Part shown: one piece after another, positions 25,781-38,564 of the stretch
Position numbering within the stretch: the first letter of the stretch is position 1
Layout: every line of letters starts with the position of its first letter
Source: Pristiophorus japonicus
Lineage: Eukaryota
Length of the DNA stretch: 64,000 nt
Direction of reading: 5' to 3'
Assembly: GCF_044704955.1 (NCBI RefSeq)
Contig: NC_091999.1
Location: 61,380,001 to 61,444,000 of the forward strand
Position numbers and translations under genes: made by a program
Notes under the pieces: generated by a model
Told to the model about the DNA's origin: nothing
The model's database searches: none
Seen by the model: only the letters and a program-made list of their open reading frames with translations

Positions 25781-26679
25781 TTATTTAATACATTTAACAA
25801 TTAGAGTAAAGGGATATTTCACCACATTCTTCAACTCCTCTCTGAATTTCGTCTGGGTCACGGCATAAATACATGTGTTGGTGCAGCAACTCAGGAGCTG
25901 AAGCATAAATCCCATTTCCTCTACATATTTAGGTAGAGATACACGAATAATATTTAACGAATACAATCGTTCAACCACAGAATATAACAGAAACACTGCC
26001 CATAAGAGGATAAAATTGCCGGATATAACAAACAGTAAAATGATGGATTTCCTTCGCTTCTCCATCTCTGGATCACTGGGACTCTCCCCACTGCTGTGGG
26101 CCCTGAGTCTTCTGCGGGCTCTGCTCGACACTAAAACGTGTCTGACAGTTAAAGTATTGAGCAGAAGGATCAGAACAAATGGAATAAACGGTGTTATAAT
26201 ATAATGAAGGAATTCAATTACTGCCCATGATACTGACTCAGAGACTTCCCATCGAACAAAACAAAACCAGGGACTATTCGAAATCTGATACATACCTCCA
26301 TACATAAAGTACCAGAAAGTGTTCTTTACACAGAACAGCGCACTCACTGTTCCCACAAATACAGTCGCCGTTTTCTCGGTGCAATATTTGGTTTTGAGCT
26401 TCTGACAACAAATGGCTATACATCGATCAAAGGTAAAAGCAACTGTGAACCAGACGGAACAGTCCGTGACTGCGTAAAGCAGGATAGCATGGATATTACA
26501 CACTTTAACCTTCCACATGAACTCAAACGCGGTTGAATAACGAATAGGAATCTGCCTGGATATCAGGTCGAGGATAACGACCAGTAGATCCGCCGCTGCC
26601 ATTGCCACCAGGTAACGGCTGACACACTTGGAGAGACCGCACCTTCCTCGAGACAGGATCATTATTGTCACTAAGTTCA
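25781..26679 (-). CDS. Class A orphan GPCR, GPR139/GPR142-like, exon 2 (TM1 end to TM7)
   Basis: Acceptor CTTGCAG|TG; NLVTIMILSRGRCGLS..YLVAMAAADLL, FTFDRCIAIC, CCTNTCIYAVTQ; open to stop. Confidence 0.92.
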
Positions 26680-26779
26680 CTGCAAGAAAGAGCAAAACAG
26701 GGAATTTATATTTCAGATTGAGAGCATTAACAGCTGTCTCAAATAATTATGTGTGAAATGAGTCATGATTAAGTGAACC

Positions 26780-27030
26780 ATCCAATGGGACATGTGGTGT
26801 TTGGGTCAGGACTGAATACACCAGTGGATGGGACGTGTGATGTTTGGCACAGGTATTGAAAGAACCAATATATGGGACGTCTGGGTGTCGGGACAAGGAC
26901 TGAATGTACCAATGGATGGGACGTGTGGGTGTTGGCCCTGGACTGAATGTACCAGTGCATGGGGTATTTGGGTGTTGTGACAGGGAGTGAGTGAAGCGCT
27001 GGATGTGATGTGTGGGTGCCGGGTCATGAC
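26780..27030. repeat. Degenerate minisatellite (about 43-bp unit) in the GPCR intron
   Basis: Recurring GGACTGAATGTACCA..GGATGGGACGTGTG. Confidence 0.7.
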
Positions 27031-27164
27031 TGAAAGAATTAATGTATTGGACTTTTTCCAGGTGGGTAAAACTCCGAATGAGACTCTGATATAACGCCAT
27101 ATCCAAGTCAGAGGAAGCAATAATTCAGCACAAGAAGCCGCGAGTTTGTGAATAACCTGTGTCC

Positions 27165-27460
27165 ATTGAGGGGAATAGAATCATTGTCCAGGGATGGGAA
27201 TGTAGTATGGGGACAGCGAGGGTGATGAAATCTGTGTCCAGGGAGGAGAATGGAATTGGGGGCCAAGGGACGGAATGGAGTCTGTGGCCAAGGAAGGAAT
27301 GGAGTCTGTGACAGGGAGGGGAATGGAGCATGTGGCTCATGAGAGGAATCGATTCTTTTTCCAGGAAGGGGAATCGAATCTGTGTACAGGGAGGGGAATG
27401 GAGTCTGTGGCCAAGGTGGGGAATGAAATCTGTGGCCAGAGAGGGGAATGGAGTCTTTGG
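27165..27460. repeat. Degenerate minisatellite (about 23-24-bp unit) in the GPCR intron
   Basis: Recurring GGGAATGGAGTCTGTGGCCA. Confidence 0.75.
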
Positions 27461-28455
27461 CGAGGTTACTGTGGTTTTGTCGTAGGCTGAAGAAGCGGAA
27501 TTGAACCTTTCCAACCATTGTTTTGAAAGTACACTTTGTAACTGGCTTAAGCTGACTTTCCAAGAATATTGCAAATAATCTTTAAAGAAGGGACTGTCAC
27601 TTTACAATAGACTAATGATAACCCATGTTGTAAGATGTCACAGAAGATTTTCGAACGTGTCTGTTTACAGCTGGAACTGTGTCAACCAACTTCCTTTCAC
27701 CTGGTGTGAGAAAGTTACAGACTTCCAGTTGACAGAGAGAGTTTGAGACTGGAAATATCAAAATATTTCACAATATAGTGCTCCATTTTGAATAGTTGCT
27801 ACCGTGCGGCCCACACCGAGCTCTCCTGAACTGTGGCTGAACAAGGGAAATAAATCAATTCAAACACAACTGAATAAACATTTTACTGGAATCCGTATTG
27901 CAGTTTGAACCCTGTCCTGACCATCTGGAATTAGTGACTGTGAGGCAGAGCGGGAGGCAGTGGAAATTACGACAACTGTCTATAGCTGAATCATTAGTGA
28001 ATAATGTCTCATATCTCAATGTATTTGTGAAGGATCTATCAACGCTGATTTCCACTGGTCAGTGTCATTAACAATAACCAGCGGTCCTTAAAACACTTGT
28101 TGCCACTGAACACATATTTATTATTCAACACTGGGCATCAGTGCGAAAAGCTGACTGCAAGCTGTTCAATAATATTTTCGTTCTCTAACATATCTGTGTC
28201 AATAAAGTCAAATTTCTGTCAAATCCTGTGAACCACTATCAATGGAAGCAAGTTGTGGAAACAACATACTATTTATTGAACTGGGAGCAGCGAATTAACA
28301 AATGATCAAACATTACATGACATAAACTTATTTGCATTGCTAGACAAAGAACAAGAGGTTTAAATTGAATACAATTAATAACTAGAACTAAAGGACAAGG
28401 ACAGCAAATACAGAGAAACATGGGTTATATAATTCATTGCAGATGAAGGACTCAC

Positions 28456-28552
28456 CAGGAACACCAACAGCAGCGAGGAGCGGGTAATAAATACGTTCCA
28501 CATTGAAAAGTGCCCACAGGATCCAAAGCTGAGTTGGAATCTCCCAGAACAT
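28456..28552 (-). CDS. GPR139/GPR142-like GPCR, exon 1
   Basis: ATG..IYYPLLAAVGVP G|GTGAGT phase-1 donor; splices in frame to exon 2 (97+899 nt, 331 aa). Confidence 0.85.
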
Positions 28553-28642
28553 GACTTGAATTTCTGTGAGCTCCAAAGAGCGCTGTTCGTTTTAGACAAC
28601 AACTTCAGTCAAACATTGCTGTACAGACTGAAAAAGAATTCC

Positions 28643-28650
28643 TATTTATA
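28643..28650 (-). promoter_or_regulatory. Putative TATA box of the GPCR gene
   Basis: TATAAATA about 90 nt upstream of the ATG. Confidence 0.55.
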
Positions 28651-29044
28651 GCCTGAGGGAACTCTCCAGTGAGACAATTAAACTGCACACTGAAGGATAT
28701 TAATCACAGTCACTGAATAAACAAGTTGTCCGAACCTTTTCTTTGCATCACTTTCAATTGCATAATATTTTAAAAGCAACGTGGCTTTCAGATCAAATAA
28801 CTTTATCCAAAACCAAGCACTATTGGTAAAAGCAGAAATAGTTAATTCCACAGAATCACAGCATGCATGTGAAGGGAGCAACTTTCATTTAGGCTGTTTC
28901 TATTATTACTGAGATGTAAAATAACTGTAATTTCAGATTTTCAATTCACTTCTCGGGGTAACACAAGTGAAATAAAACAAATGGAAGGATAGAGGCAGGC
29001 TAAGTAAATGTCAGTAACCTACACGGGGACTGACAGTACAGCGC

Positions 29045-29400
29045 AAATTAAGGATACATGGGCACTGATAATACAGTGGTTAGTAAGGGTACATGGGGCA
29101 GATAATATATTGGTCAGTAAGGTACATGAGGACTGATAATACAATTGTCAGTAAGGGTACATGGGGACTGATAATACAGTGGTCAGTAAGGCTACATAAG
29201 AACTGATAATACAATCGTCAGTAAGGGTACATGGTGACTGTTAATATAATTGTGAGTAAGGATACATGGGTACAGATAATACAGAGGTCAGTAAGGATAC
29301 ATGGGGACTGATAATACAGTGGTCAGTAAGGGGACATGGGGCAGATAATATATTGGTCAGTAAGGATACGTGTGTGCTATTTTTACAATGGTCAGTCCGG
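29045..29400. repeat. 35-bp minisatellite, about 10 copies
   Basis: GTAAGGGTACATGGGGACTGATAATACAGTGGTCA. Confidence 0.85.
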
Positions 29401-29455
29401 ATTCATGGCGACCGATGCCATACAGTCACACGCCATCAAATTGTTTATTTTCCTC

Positions 29456-31694
29456 AGAGCAGGGAATGTAGAGACTGGAGGTGAGGAATGGAGATGAAAG
29501 GAGCAGAGAGGTGAGGATGGGAGAAGAGAGAGGACAGGAGGAGGGAGGGGAGTAGACGAGAGGAGATGAGTGTGGAGGAGAGGAGAGATGGGGAATTGGA
29601 GAGCAGAGGTGAGGAGAGGAGATCTGTTGAGTGGAGAAGACAGCAGAACAGAGTAGAGGATAGGAGATGATTGGAGAGGGTGGGAGAAGGAAAGAGTGAA
29701 GATGAGCAGGAAGGGGAGGAGAGGTTAGTGGAGGATAGGATAGATGAGAGGGGAAGTAGAGAGGAGAGCAGAGGAGAGCAGAGCAGAGATGAGTAGAGGA
29801 AAGCAGAGGAGAGTTGATAAGATGAAAGGAGAGGAGAAGAGAGGAGAAAAGAGGGGAGAAGAGAAGATAGGAGAGGGGAAGAGAGGAGAGGAGGGGAAAG
29901 GAGATGATAGTGTAGAGGAGATGGAAGGAGAGAAGAGTGGAATAGAGGTGAGGAAAAGGTATGGGAGAGGAGAGGGATGAGAGGAGTGGAGAGGCGAGGG
30001 GAGTGGAGATGAGAGTGTAGGGGAGAGGGGTGGAGAGGAGAGTGGTGTAGAGGTGGGGAGAAGGTAGGGGACAGAAGAGAGATGAGAGGAGCGGGGAGAC
30101 GAGAAAGGAGCGTAGCAGAGAAGGGAGGAATGGAGAGAAGTGGAGAGGTGAGAGGATGAGAGATAAGGAGAGTAGAGCAGAGGAGAGGGGAAGGGCGGCG
30201 GGAGAGCAGAGGAGAGACCATCAGAGGAGAGGAGAGGAAGAGAGTGGGGAGAGCAGGGGCGAGAAGTGATGAGAAGGGAGGGGAGGAGAGGGGTGAAGAG
30301 AGGGGAAGTGGAGATGAGAGTGGAGGAGAGAAGAGCTATGGAGATTCGAGCAATGGAGAGGAGAATAGAAGAGATGAGAGGATAGCAGAGAAAAGATGAA
30401 AGCAGAGTGGAGAGAGGAGGTAGTAGATTAGAGGAGAGGAGAGGACAAGCGAGGGGACAAGGGAGGAGATTAGAAGAGAGTGCAGGAGAGGATAGACGAG
30501 TGGGTAACGGAGAGGGGAGTAGAGGTGAGTGGAGAAGAGGGGGGTAAGTTAGGGGAGAGAAGAGGAGAGAGAAGACAGTGCATGAGAGGAGGAGGTGAAA
30601 AGAGGGTAGAGGAAAGGAGAGCAGAGGGGAGGAGAGGGTCGGAGGGGGAGGAGAGGAGTGGAGAAGAGAGGACTGGAGAGGGTACAGGAGAGCAGAGGAA
30701 AGGAGAGGAGCGGGGAGGAGAGGAGAGGGGAGAACATCAGACGACACAAGTGAGGAGAGAAGTTAAAATGAAAGGAGAGAAGAGGTGAGGAGGAGAGGAG
30801 AGGGGTGAGGAGAGGAGGGGAGAATTTAGGGGAGAGGAGTCGAGATAATTGGAGTGGAGACGAGTGGAGAGGAGAGAGGAGAGTGGAGAGAGAAGCGACC
30901 TGAAAACAGGAGAGAGGAGAGGATAGGTGAGGATAGGGGTGGATCGGGGAAGACAGGAGATGAGTGGAGATGAGACAGCAGAGGAGATGAGAGGAGAATG
31001 GAGGAGAGGGAAAGGGAGGAGAATAGTGTAGGGGAGAGGGGAGAATGGAGAATGGAGTAGAGGCGTGGAAAAGGTAGGCAAGAGGGGAGGAAATGAGGCA
31101 CAAGAGAGTTGAGGAGAACAGCTGAAAGGGGAGGAGAGTTGAGGAGAGGGGAGAGGAGAGAGGAGAGGAGACAAGAGAGAACGGGAAGACAGGTGAGAAG
31201 AGAAGTGGAGAGGATAGAGGAGCAGATGGGAGAAGGGATGAGCCGAGTGGAGAGGATGGGGGAGGAGAGGGGAGAGGAGAGATGATGAAAGGATAAGGAG
31301 GTGAGCAGAGGGGAGAGGAGAGGAGTGGGAAGGAGAGGAGAGGTGAGAGGAGGAGAGTAGTGGAGAGGCGAGGAAAAGAGAGACGAGGGGAGAGAGGAGG
31401 GTAGAGATGAGCAGGGAGGGGACGAGTGTGTAGGGGAGGAGAGGGGAGAAGAAAGCAGAGCAGGGGAGAGTAGTGGAACGGAGAGTGGATGTGATGAGAG
31501 GAGAGGAGAGGAGAGGAAAGTGGAGTGAAGAGGGGAGGGGATTAGAGGAGAGGACTGGGGAGAGGAGAGGGTAGAGGCGAGGGTGGGAGAGGAGAATAGA
31601 GTAGAGGAGGGTAGAAAGTAGGGGAGAGGAGAGGAGATGAGCATTGGAGAGACGTGAGGAGAGAGGAGAGGAGAGGAGGGGTGAGGAGGGAAGG
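29456..31694. repeat. Degenerate (GGAGA)n polypurine low-complexity tract
   Basis: Almost exclusively G and A on the plus strand. Confidence 0.95.
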
Positions 31695-32364
31695 TGTTGT
31701 GGTAAAAAGGAGGCTTCTCTCCTTCAAGGTGGACTAACTGATGTAGTTAATCGATACCTGCCCTTCCGTTGGGATAAAACTAGGCTTTTCTCCCTCGGGG
31801 TGGACTAACTGATATAGTTAATCGACACCTCGTCCAGCTTCCCACTGTATGACGAACACGGAAGTAAACAAACGAAACCTCAGGTTTATCGTTTTTTTTA
31901 TGAGCAATGCACGGGAAGGTTCAGTATTGGAACCTCCGAAATAGAAGAGTTTTGAAGCATAATTTATATAGGTGTTGGAGAGGAGCTATCCTCCTCCAAA
32001 ATCATCGATAGGTCTATTGCTATCAGCGAAGTTACAGTGATTTGTCGACTCTAATCAGACGGGCTCCGAGTGGTACATGAAACTGCCCATCTCTCATCAT
32101 TGTTTTATTCCATTTTGCCCTCTAACCCAGTCTATCCGACGCCTGGTGTGGTTGTCCTGGCTGCTTTATCTCTTGATCAGCGACATTTAAACAAAACTGC
32201 TGACTTTGGCTGTTTAAGTGTTACTCAGGTTAAGCTATGATATAATGCGTATAAGTGTGTTATACCTATATAAGCACGTGTTACATACATCGACAATTGA
32301 TAAGTTCACTACCTTCGGTATAATTCTGACCCCCTATCTAGAACCTTACTATTTATCCCTTACA
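31695..32364 (-). repeat. 3' LTR of ERV-B (with an internal duplication of about 70 bp)
   Basis: TGTTG...CTTACA; homologous to 37967-38564; GGTGGACTAACTGAT..TCGA occurs at about 31729 and 31799. Confidence 0.85.
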
Positions 32365-32599
32365 ATTACCCGCTAATGGCCCTTCACTATATGCCCAAGA
32401 TAGGCCATTTCGCAATTAATTTCACATGGGTGAGATTCCAGGGTTGTCCTTTCACTTGGGTAGTGCTACTTCCCGAGCTCCTGGAGCTATCTGTTGGCTT
32501 TCCCATCAAGGTTATACTATGTATGTCCTTTCTGCCGGACTGTCTGATTTCCCTTTCTTCAATGTTTTAACTATAGTACGGGCTAGGGCTTGCCTCTTA

Positions 32600-34560
32600 C
32601 GTCAGTTACAGCTTTTTAAAGGATAATACTAGCAAGGTGAGCACCCTTGCACTACAACCAGTACATTGAGTCTAGCTTAGTTCATGTAGAAGTCCTTTGG
32701 AGCCAACATTTTCTCGGTGTTCGAATTATGCCGTGCCTGGAGTATCTGCTGTTTCATCTATCTTCCCTCCACTTGGGGTCTTCACTGTTCTGCCGAATTT
32801 CTGCCCCTCCTGGAGTATCCTCTATGTTGTCGAATGGTGTCCAATTCAGTCGAGTTTGTTTCTCTTTCAATTCGAGTATCGGTTTTCCTTGTGGCCTGCT
32901 GGTCTTCGCATAATCTCCTCAGGCAATGTCCATCATTGTCCCATCGATCATTCCTCCTTTAGCTCAGGGGTTATAATAAACCCATTTATATCTGTCTCAT
33001 CAAGTGGAGTAAAGCAGAAGTCAATATCCATAATGGTGCATGAGGTGTTCCTTTCTTCATTTCAGTTGCCGTGGTGGTCACACATCATTCTCCATATCCT
33101 CGTGAAACAGCGATAATTTTGTAGTCCTGTGTTAGTGGGGGTGATGCTCAAGGTGCACCCGTCCACTTGGTTATATCCACAATCATCTTCGATCATTTGT
33201 AGTGGATCTCGACATAAAGCAACTTGGTTATTTTTATAACAATCTACATATGCTGAGATTCTTAGTACTGTTCTCCTCAGTTATATTTCTGGTTTGTCAT
33301 CATACCACACGCGAGTTTGATTCCTTATTTCTCCTGCATTGTTTGGTATAGAGGATCTCCTGTTGTCACATCATACTGTGGTAGAGATAATAAAAAATCT
33401 ATTTAAATGTCCGGTAACACAGCTGGCCTTTGAAACCCAAGCATGACTGTTTCTCTGCACCTCGCAGGCATGAGTCATGTTCATGTCTAAGGTCCAGTTG
33501 GTAAATATATCGAGTGTTATCCAATCCGGCACCTTTCTATTCTGAAGCTACTCTATGTTATGTTGTATTCCATTGAGCAACCATGCTCCATATCCTGCAC
33601 GTAATAGTTCTGTCTGTATGGTTTTACTTAAGTTGCGTTATGCTTTATTCATTTATAGTTCTGGTGTGGTCTCGCAATGTGTGGGCCACTGTAATAATTC
33701 GCTTTATGCGCCATTACCCAGCTGTGCCTGTATCTTTTCATTATCCTTATCCCTTTCCAGCAATCTCTGTCAGGTTCATGCGAAGGCGTTAACTCAATCA
33801 TCTATCGTGTGTCGGTCTTTCGTTTCGCAACTCCCGCCACATACACGTATCCCGCCGTGCATTCTGCAGTGTATCCTGCCACGTATCCTGCCGTGTATCC
33901 TGCCTCGTACCATTTCTAGTATCCCTCTTTTTCCCCTGTCCCGTTTTTTTTACCTGACCCTCTTTACACATTAAACTTCATGGTTTTGGATTCAGCGCCT
34001 TTAAGTGCTCGAAGGATCATGTTTCTATACAGGCTTATACTGTTTAACCCGCAGATGTTGGGGTAGCTTTATTGTTTAAATTTAGGAATACAGTAATTAT
34101 TCGCTGACGTACCCTGAAGTGTATCTTATCCTTGGTCTGCCTTATCAATTTCTCTTTTGCCCCAGTCTTCACAGTTGGACAGGTTTGTGGCGCTGGGGGT
34201 GTGATGGTCGAGGCCCTGGTAGTGCTCACTGTTGCTAAACTAATGGATGGGGCCGTGTTGGTGGGTCTATCTCTGGAGATATCCCTCCACCACCATTCAC
34301 AGATGTTGAGTGAAATCTGCACCCCCTTCCCCTGGTGCAGTATGTTTGTCCCTCCTGATTCTAAAACACACCGCGGTCTTATTCCCACTAATTATGGTTC
34401 TATATTATTGGCTCATCCCCAATGTTGTTTCGTTTCCTTGTAACGTTGTTTTATGCCCGTTATTTAACTCTACTGTTGCGCCGTCCGACACCATCAGTGT
34501 TTTTGATGTTTTATTATACTAATGTCGCCCAAGTCCCTGTAATACAGGCCTTGCCATCCC
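32600..34560 (-). pseudogene. env-like class I fusion glycoprotein pseudogene (F-like)
   Basis: RGKR|GILEMV at 33937-33908; AGYGAWLLNGIQHNI; DCYKNNQVALCRDP..DCGYNQVDGCTLSI..SCTIMDIDFCF; hydrophobic LNVLVVVQG(V)LTLLVLSF near 32670. Confidence 0.7.
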
Positions 34561-34649
34561 TCAGTCTGTTGTCACTGATATGAGGCTGCATTACTCCACG
34601 TTATTTCCACGAGCTCTCGAGTCCTGCAAAAAACAATATTTTCCGGTCG

Positions 34650-35950
34650 TCACTGGTTAGTTAGTGACCATGCTTTTTTAACTGGGTCCAGTGTTTCCAC
34701 TTGCCGATACTCCTTATAAGTACCATAACTTACCATGATTACCTGATAGAGACCGATCCATTTGGATGCGATCCCGAACCTCTCTGGGGTAATCTCTTGA
34801 CTGCCTATTTGGGGTGTTTGGAACTTCTGTTTCTTAGTGTCGTTCTCTAAATCCTTGATTTGCTGATCTCTAACCTTTGACTCTATATCATGTAATTGCT
34901 TACAGAGTTCCATTACAGATTTCCATATTATTTTAGTTAAAAGTGTATCATTCCTATCGTTTGACTAGGGGTTGCCTTGAGCTTTATTTATACTCGGGGT
35001 ATCCTGTCAACCCATCCCTTTCCAGTCTCGTTGATGTGGGATTGTTTTTGCCTAATCCCTAAGCGCACGCCTGTTTCATTATCTTCCCTGTGAAGTGTGA
35101 ACTTTGATCTGAGTTCAGCTGCAGTGCCGTTATTTTGTTTGCTAGGATCCTGGCTATGGTTTCTACTGAACAATTCCTCGTGGCGAAAGCTTCTACCCAC
35201 TTCATAAACGTGTCTATTATAACTAAGCAGTATGTTTTCCCCTTGTTGCTGGATAATGGTCCAGTAAAATCTACCTGCAAATTTTCCCAGAATCCCTTCG
35301 GTCGGGGCTGATGTCCCATTCTGACCTTTACTTTCCCCCCTGGGTTGCATTTTGCGCATATCAGTCACCTTCTGCAGAGGTCCTCTATATCTCTAGATAT
35401 TCCCTTCCACCACCAGCATCTGGACATCAAGTTATCATGTTTGTTCTACCTGTATGGACATACCCGTGGGATAAATTTAATAGGCTCCCCTGGATGCATT
35501 CCGGGGCCACCACATTCCCATCTTTTCTCCATATCCCGTCGGTCCCTTGTTTGGCCATCTCTGCTTCCACCCCTCCTGTTCCTGCGGAGTGGCCTCTCCC
35601 TGTACCTCAAGCATATTTACTTCCTCAGGCCCAATTGTACATGCTCTGCCTTGGGCTTCCCCGGCCAGTGTACCTGCCACTCGCTTTGCTGCTTCATCTG
35701 TCCATGCATTACCCTGTTCATACTGATCATTATTTTTTACGTGTGCTTTGATCTTTATTATCGCACACTCCTGGGGTAGGAAGGAGGCTTCCACTAGATG
35801 TTTCCCAATCTCCTCATGTTTAATCGGTCCTCCTCCTGAGGTCGTGTATCACCGTCTGCTCCAGGCTATCATATAATCATGCTCTACTCCGAAAGCATAT
35901 CGACTGTCTGTATAGATATTTACTCATTTTCCCCTCGCAAGCCTCAGAGC
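34650..35950 (-). pseudogene. Retroviral pol 3' part (RNase H plus integrase), disrupted
   Basis: Motifs listed for ERV-B, plus LICAKCNP zinc-binding remnant and SKWIGLYQVI (GPY/F-like). Confidence 0.85.
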
Positions 35951-37946
35951 CTCATCATAGTTTCATCATAATCATCTCCTGTCTTAAATACTCACTTAAT
36001 TATCTTTTGATGTGCCTTTCCTAGTCCATCCTTAAACATTTTCAAGAATGCTGCATCATTTCTGTTGCGGTCATCAGCCCCAGAGTGGTTTTTGTATTCA
36101 ATCCACTTTCGTTCCCCGTACTCCCCAACCCTTTTCCCTGCCTTTTGAGTCACAATATTCTACTCCAGTCTTTTGTCAGAGTTCTGTATCTCTACTATTT
36201 TGCTTTAGCGCGTGGTAACTTCTTCAATAGAATTTGTCTCCTGTGGGCTGAGGGGCACCTCCTGTATGGCAATGTGGGCTGCTCTACATCCGCTGGAGCG
36301 AATGGTGGTCGTGCGTATCAGTGCCACTGATAAATAGCCATTATCAGGTGCCGGGGCCACCTCTACTCCAAACTCATTATCCCTGTCTGATTGACTGTTA
36401 GGTTGGGGTTGTGGACTGCACTTACCCACCTTGGGGTACATTATCTCTATTACCGTAGGTCATGGTGCTATGGCTGTGCTCTGCACTTTCTATCTGGTCC
36501 TGTCTTTTTCTCTGCCAGCTTATTTATCTTAGCTTCTAACTCTTGAATGTGATGTGTTTAAGTATCTATCTGTCCTCTGTAGCAGGTGCGTATTATTACA
36601 TAGGCTTTCTTCGTTTTGTTTTCATTCTGAATATCCCAACATTTCTTCTGTCTGTCAGGTGAGTCTTTTTTCTTTTATTAAGAAATCCAAACTAATAATG
36701 TCCAGTATAAAATATCTTTCAATGGAAAGGGTTAACTCCACTACAGGTTTGTAAGAAGGTCTGGCGTTATTACGTGACTTCGAGTAACCATCTGAAAATA
36801 TTACCACAACTCTTTGTGCTTTCAAAACTTGATAAGAAATTAGGAATCCGTTAAAATAGCAGAAATTATTGGTAAAGTTGTCAAAATAAAAATTTCTCAG
36901 CGGGAAAGGCAGCATTTTAGATTAAACTCCAATTTCTCTGCACACCCAATTCAAATACGTGCCAACGAGTTTTTCATTGATTTAAAGCGAGACCACACAT
37001 TTTAATAGCTATTTTGTTTACAGAAATCCAGTTTCCACGCAAGCTATATACAATCCAGCATTTTGGTTTTTTATGGTCCCGTTCACTGAGCAAATCTTGT
37101 GTTTTATTTTCTCTCGGCACAAAATCTAAACTTCGGTGCCGGTCCATCTTTTTAAGAATCCTGTAATTCCCAGTTTTTCTTTCTGTGCTGAGTTCACATA
37201 GCTTAGATCTTTTCCCCCTTTTGAATCTGAACTTAATCATTTTTTGATGACCTTACTCCAGTCCATAGTTCAACATCTTTGTTTCTCTTCCTCGGCACAA
37301 AGCGTTGTCGGGTTTAACTCATAACTTTTTATATTTCAACCAATATCCTTTTCACAGCCAATTTAAATCTCGTTTCTTCAAATTAGGTTTTGTATTTTGA
37401 TGATCTTCCTCCAGTCCATTTTGCTCAACATCTTTGTTTCTCTGCAGCTTTCAAGGTCAAATTTCTATCTTTTGATAAAAACAAACTGTCCTTTGTAAAT
37501 TCAATTTGATATCCAACATTTTTCTTTTCTTTTATTAATTTTCCATTTATCTCAGCTCGCATTTTATCCCACTGGCCAGTTTTCCTAGGATCCTGGGGTC
37601 CCACCAGACAGTTTAGGTTGTATTCCTTCTTGTTTGCACTGCACACGATCAATACCAGCTTCACTGTGTGATTACCACGTCATGCTTCAGGACATACGCC
37701 TTATATTTCCTCTAACGATCACTGGGGTCCACTCCCCCTGCGGTTGCATTCCTTCTTTCTCAGGCATACACCTATCCCACCCTTGGTTTTCAACCATCTG
37801 TGGTTCGTTATAAGTTGTCCTACAGCTGAACCCTTCAAATTCTTTATACAAATTAGCTCCTTCCCCGTCAATGCTACAGCTGCATGTGGTAAAAAAACAT
37901 GGTCACTACCATTTAGCTGTCACGTGATCCAGGTCGGAAGGTCTGC

Positions 37947-37964
37947 ATCCGGTTCATGACGCCA
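37947..37964 (-). promoter_or_regulatory. Primer-binding site, tRNA-Ser(CGA)-type
   Basis: TGGCGTCATGAACCGGAT versus TGGCGTCACGAACAGGAT (16/18), 2 nt from the LTR. Confidence 0.72.
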
Positions 37965-37966
37965 AA

Positions 37967-38564
37967 TGTTGGGGTTAAAAAGGAGACTTCTCCTCTTCGA
38001 CGTGGACGAACTGATATAGTTCATCGACACCTCACCTTTCTCCCACTGTATAACGACCACGGAAGTGAACACACGAAATCCCAGGATCAACTCGCTTTTA
38101 TTACCAGCAATTGCAAGGGAAGGTTCAGTCGTGGAACCTCCGAAATACAAGAGTTTTCAAGCATAACTTATACAGGTTTTGGAGAGGAGCTATCCTCCTG
38201 CAAAATCATCGATAGGTCTATTGATATCAGCGGAGTTACATTGATTTGTCGACTCTTATCCGACGGTCTCTGAGTGGTAAATGCAATAGTCCATCTCTCC
38301 TCATTGTTTTGTTCCATTTTACCCTCTACCCCAGTCTATCCGACGGTCAGAGTGGCTGTACTTGCTTATTTATCTCTTCCTCAGGGACGTAAAAAAACTG
38401 CTGACCGGCTGTTTAAGTATTACAGAGGTTACGGATTCAGTTCAATGCGTTATACATTTGCGCTGTACCTACATAAGCACGTGTTACCGACGTAGCAATT
38501 ATAAGTTCAAGAACTTCATCATAATTCTGAGCTCCTATTTCCAACCTTATAATTTATCCCTTGA
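37967..38564 (-). repeat. 5' LTR of ERV-B
   Basis: Homologous to 31695-32364; PBS adjacent. Confidence 0.85.

Larger units (their letters stand above)
31695..38564 (-). mobile_element. ERV-B: LTR-gag(partial)-[PR/RT deleted]-RNase H-integrase-env-like-LTR, degenerate
   Basis: Two homologous LTRs; IYTDSRYAFG and IKIKAH..GN..DEAAK (RNase H); LQVDFTGPL..LVIIDTFMKWVEAF (integrase); Cys-rich env-like region with RGKR site and TM. Confidence 0.88.

Noticed and set aside
29454-31727. Ser/Pro/Leu-rich and Glu/Arg/Gly-rich ORFs
   Set aside because: Translations of low-complexity GA/TC sequence.
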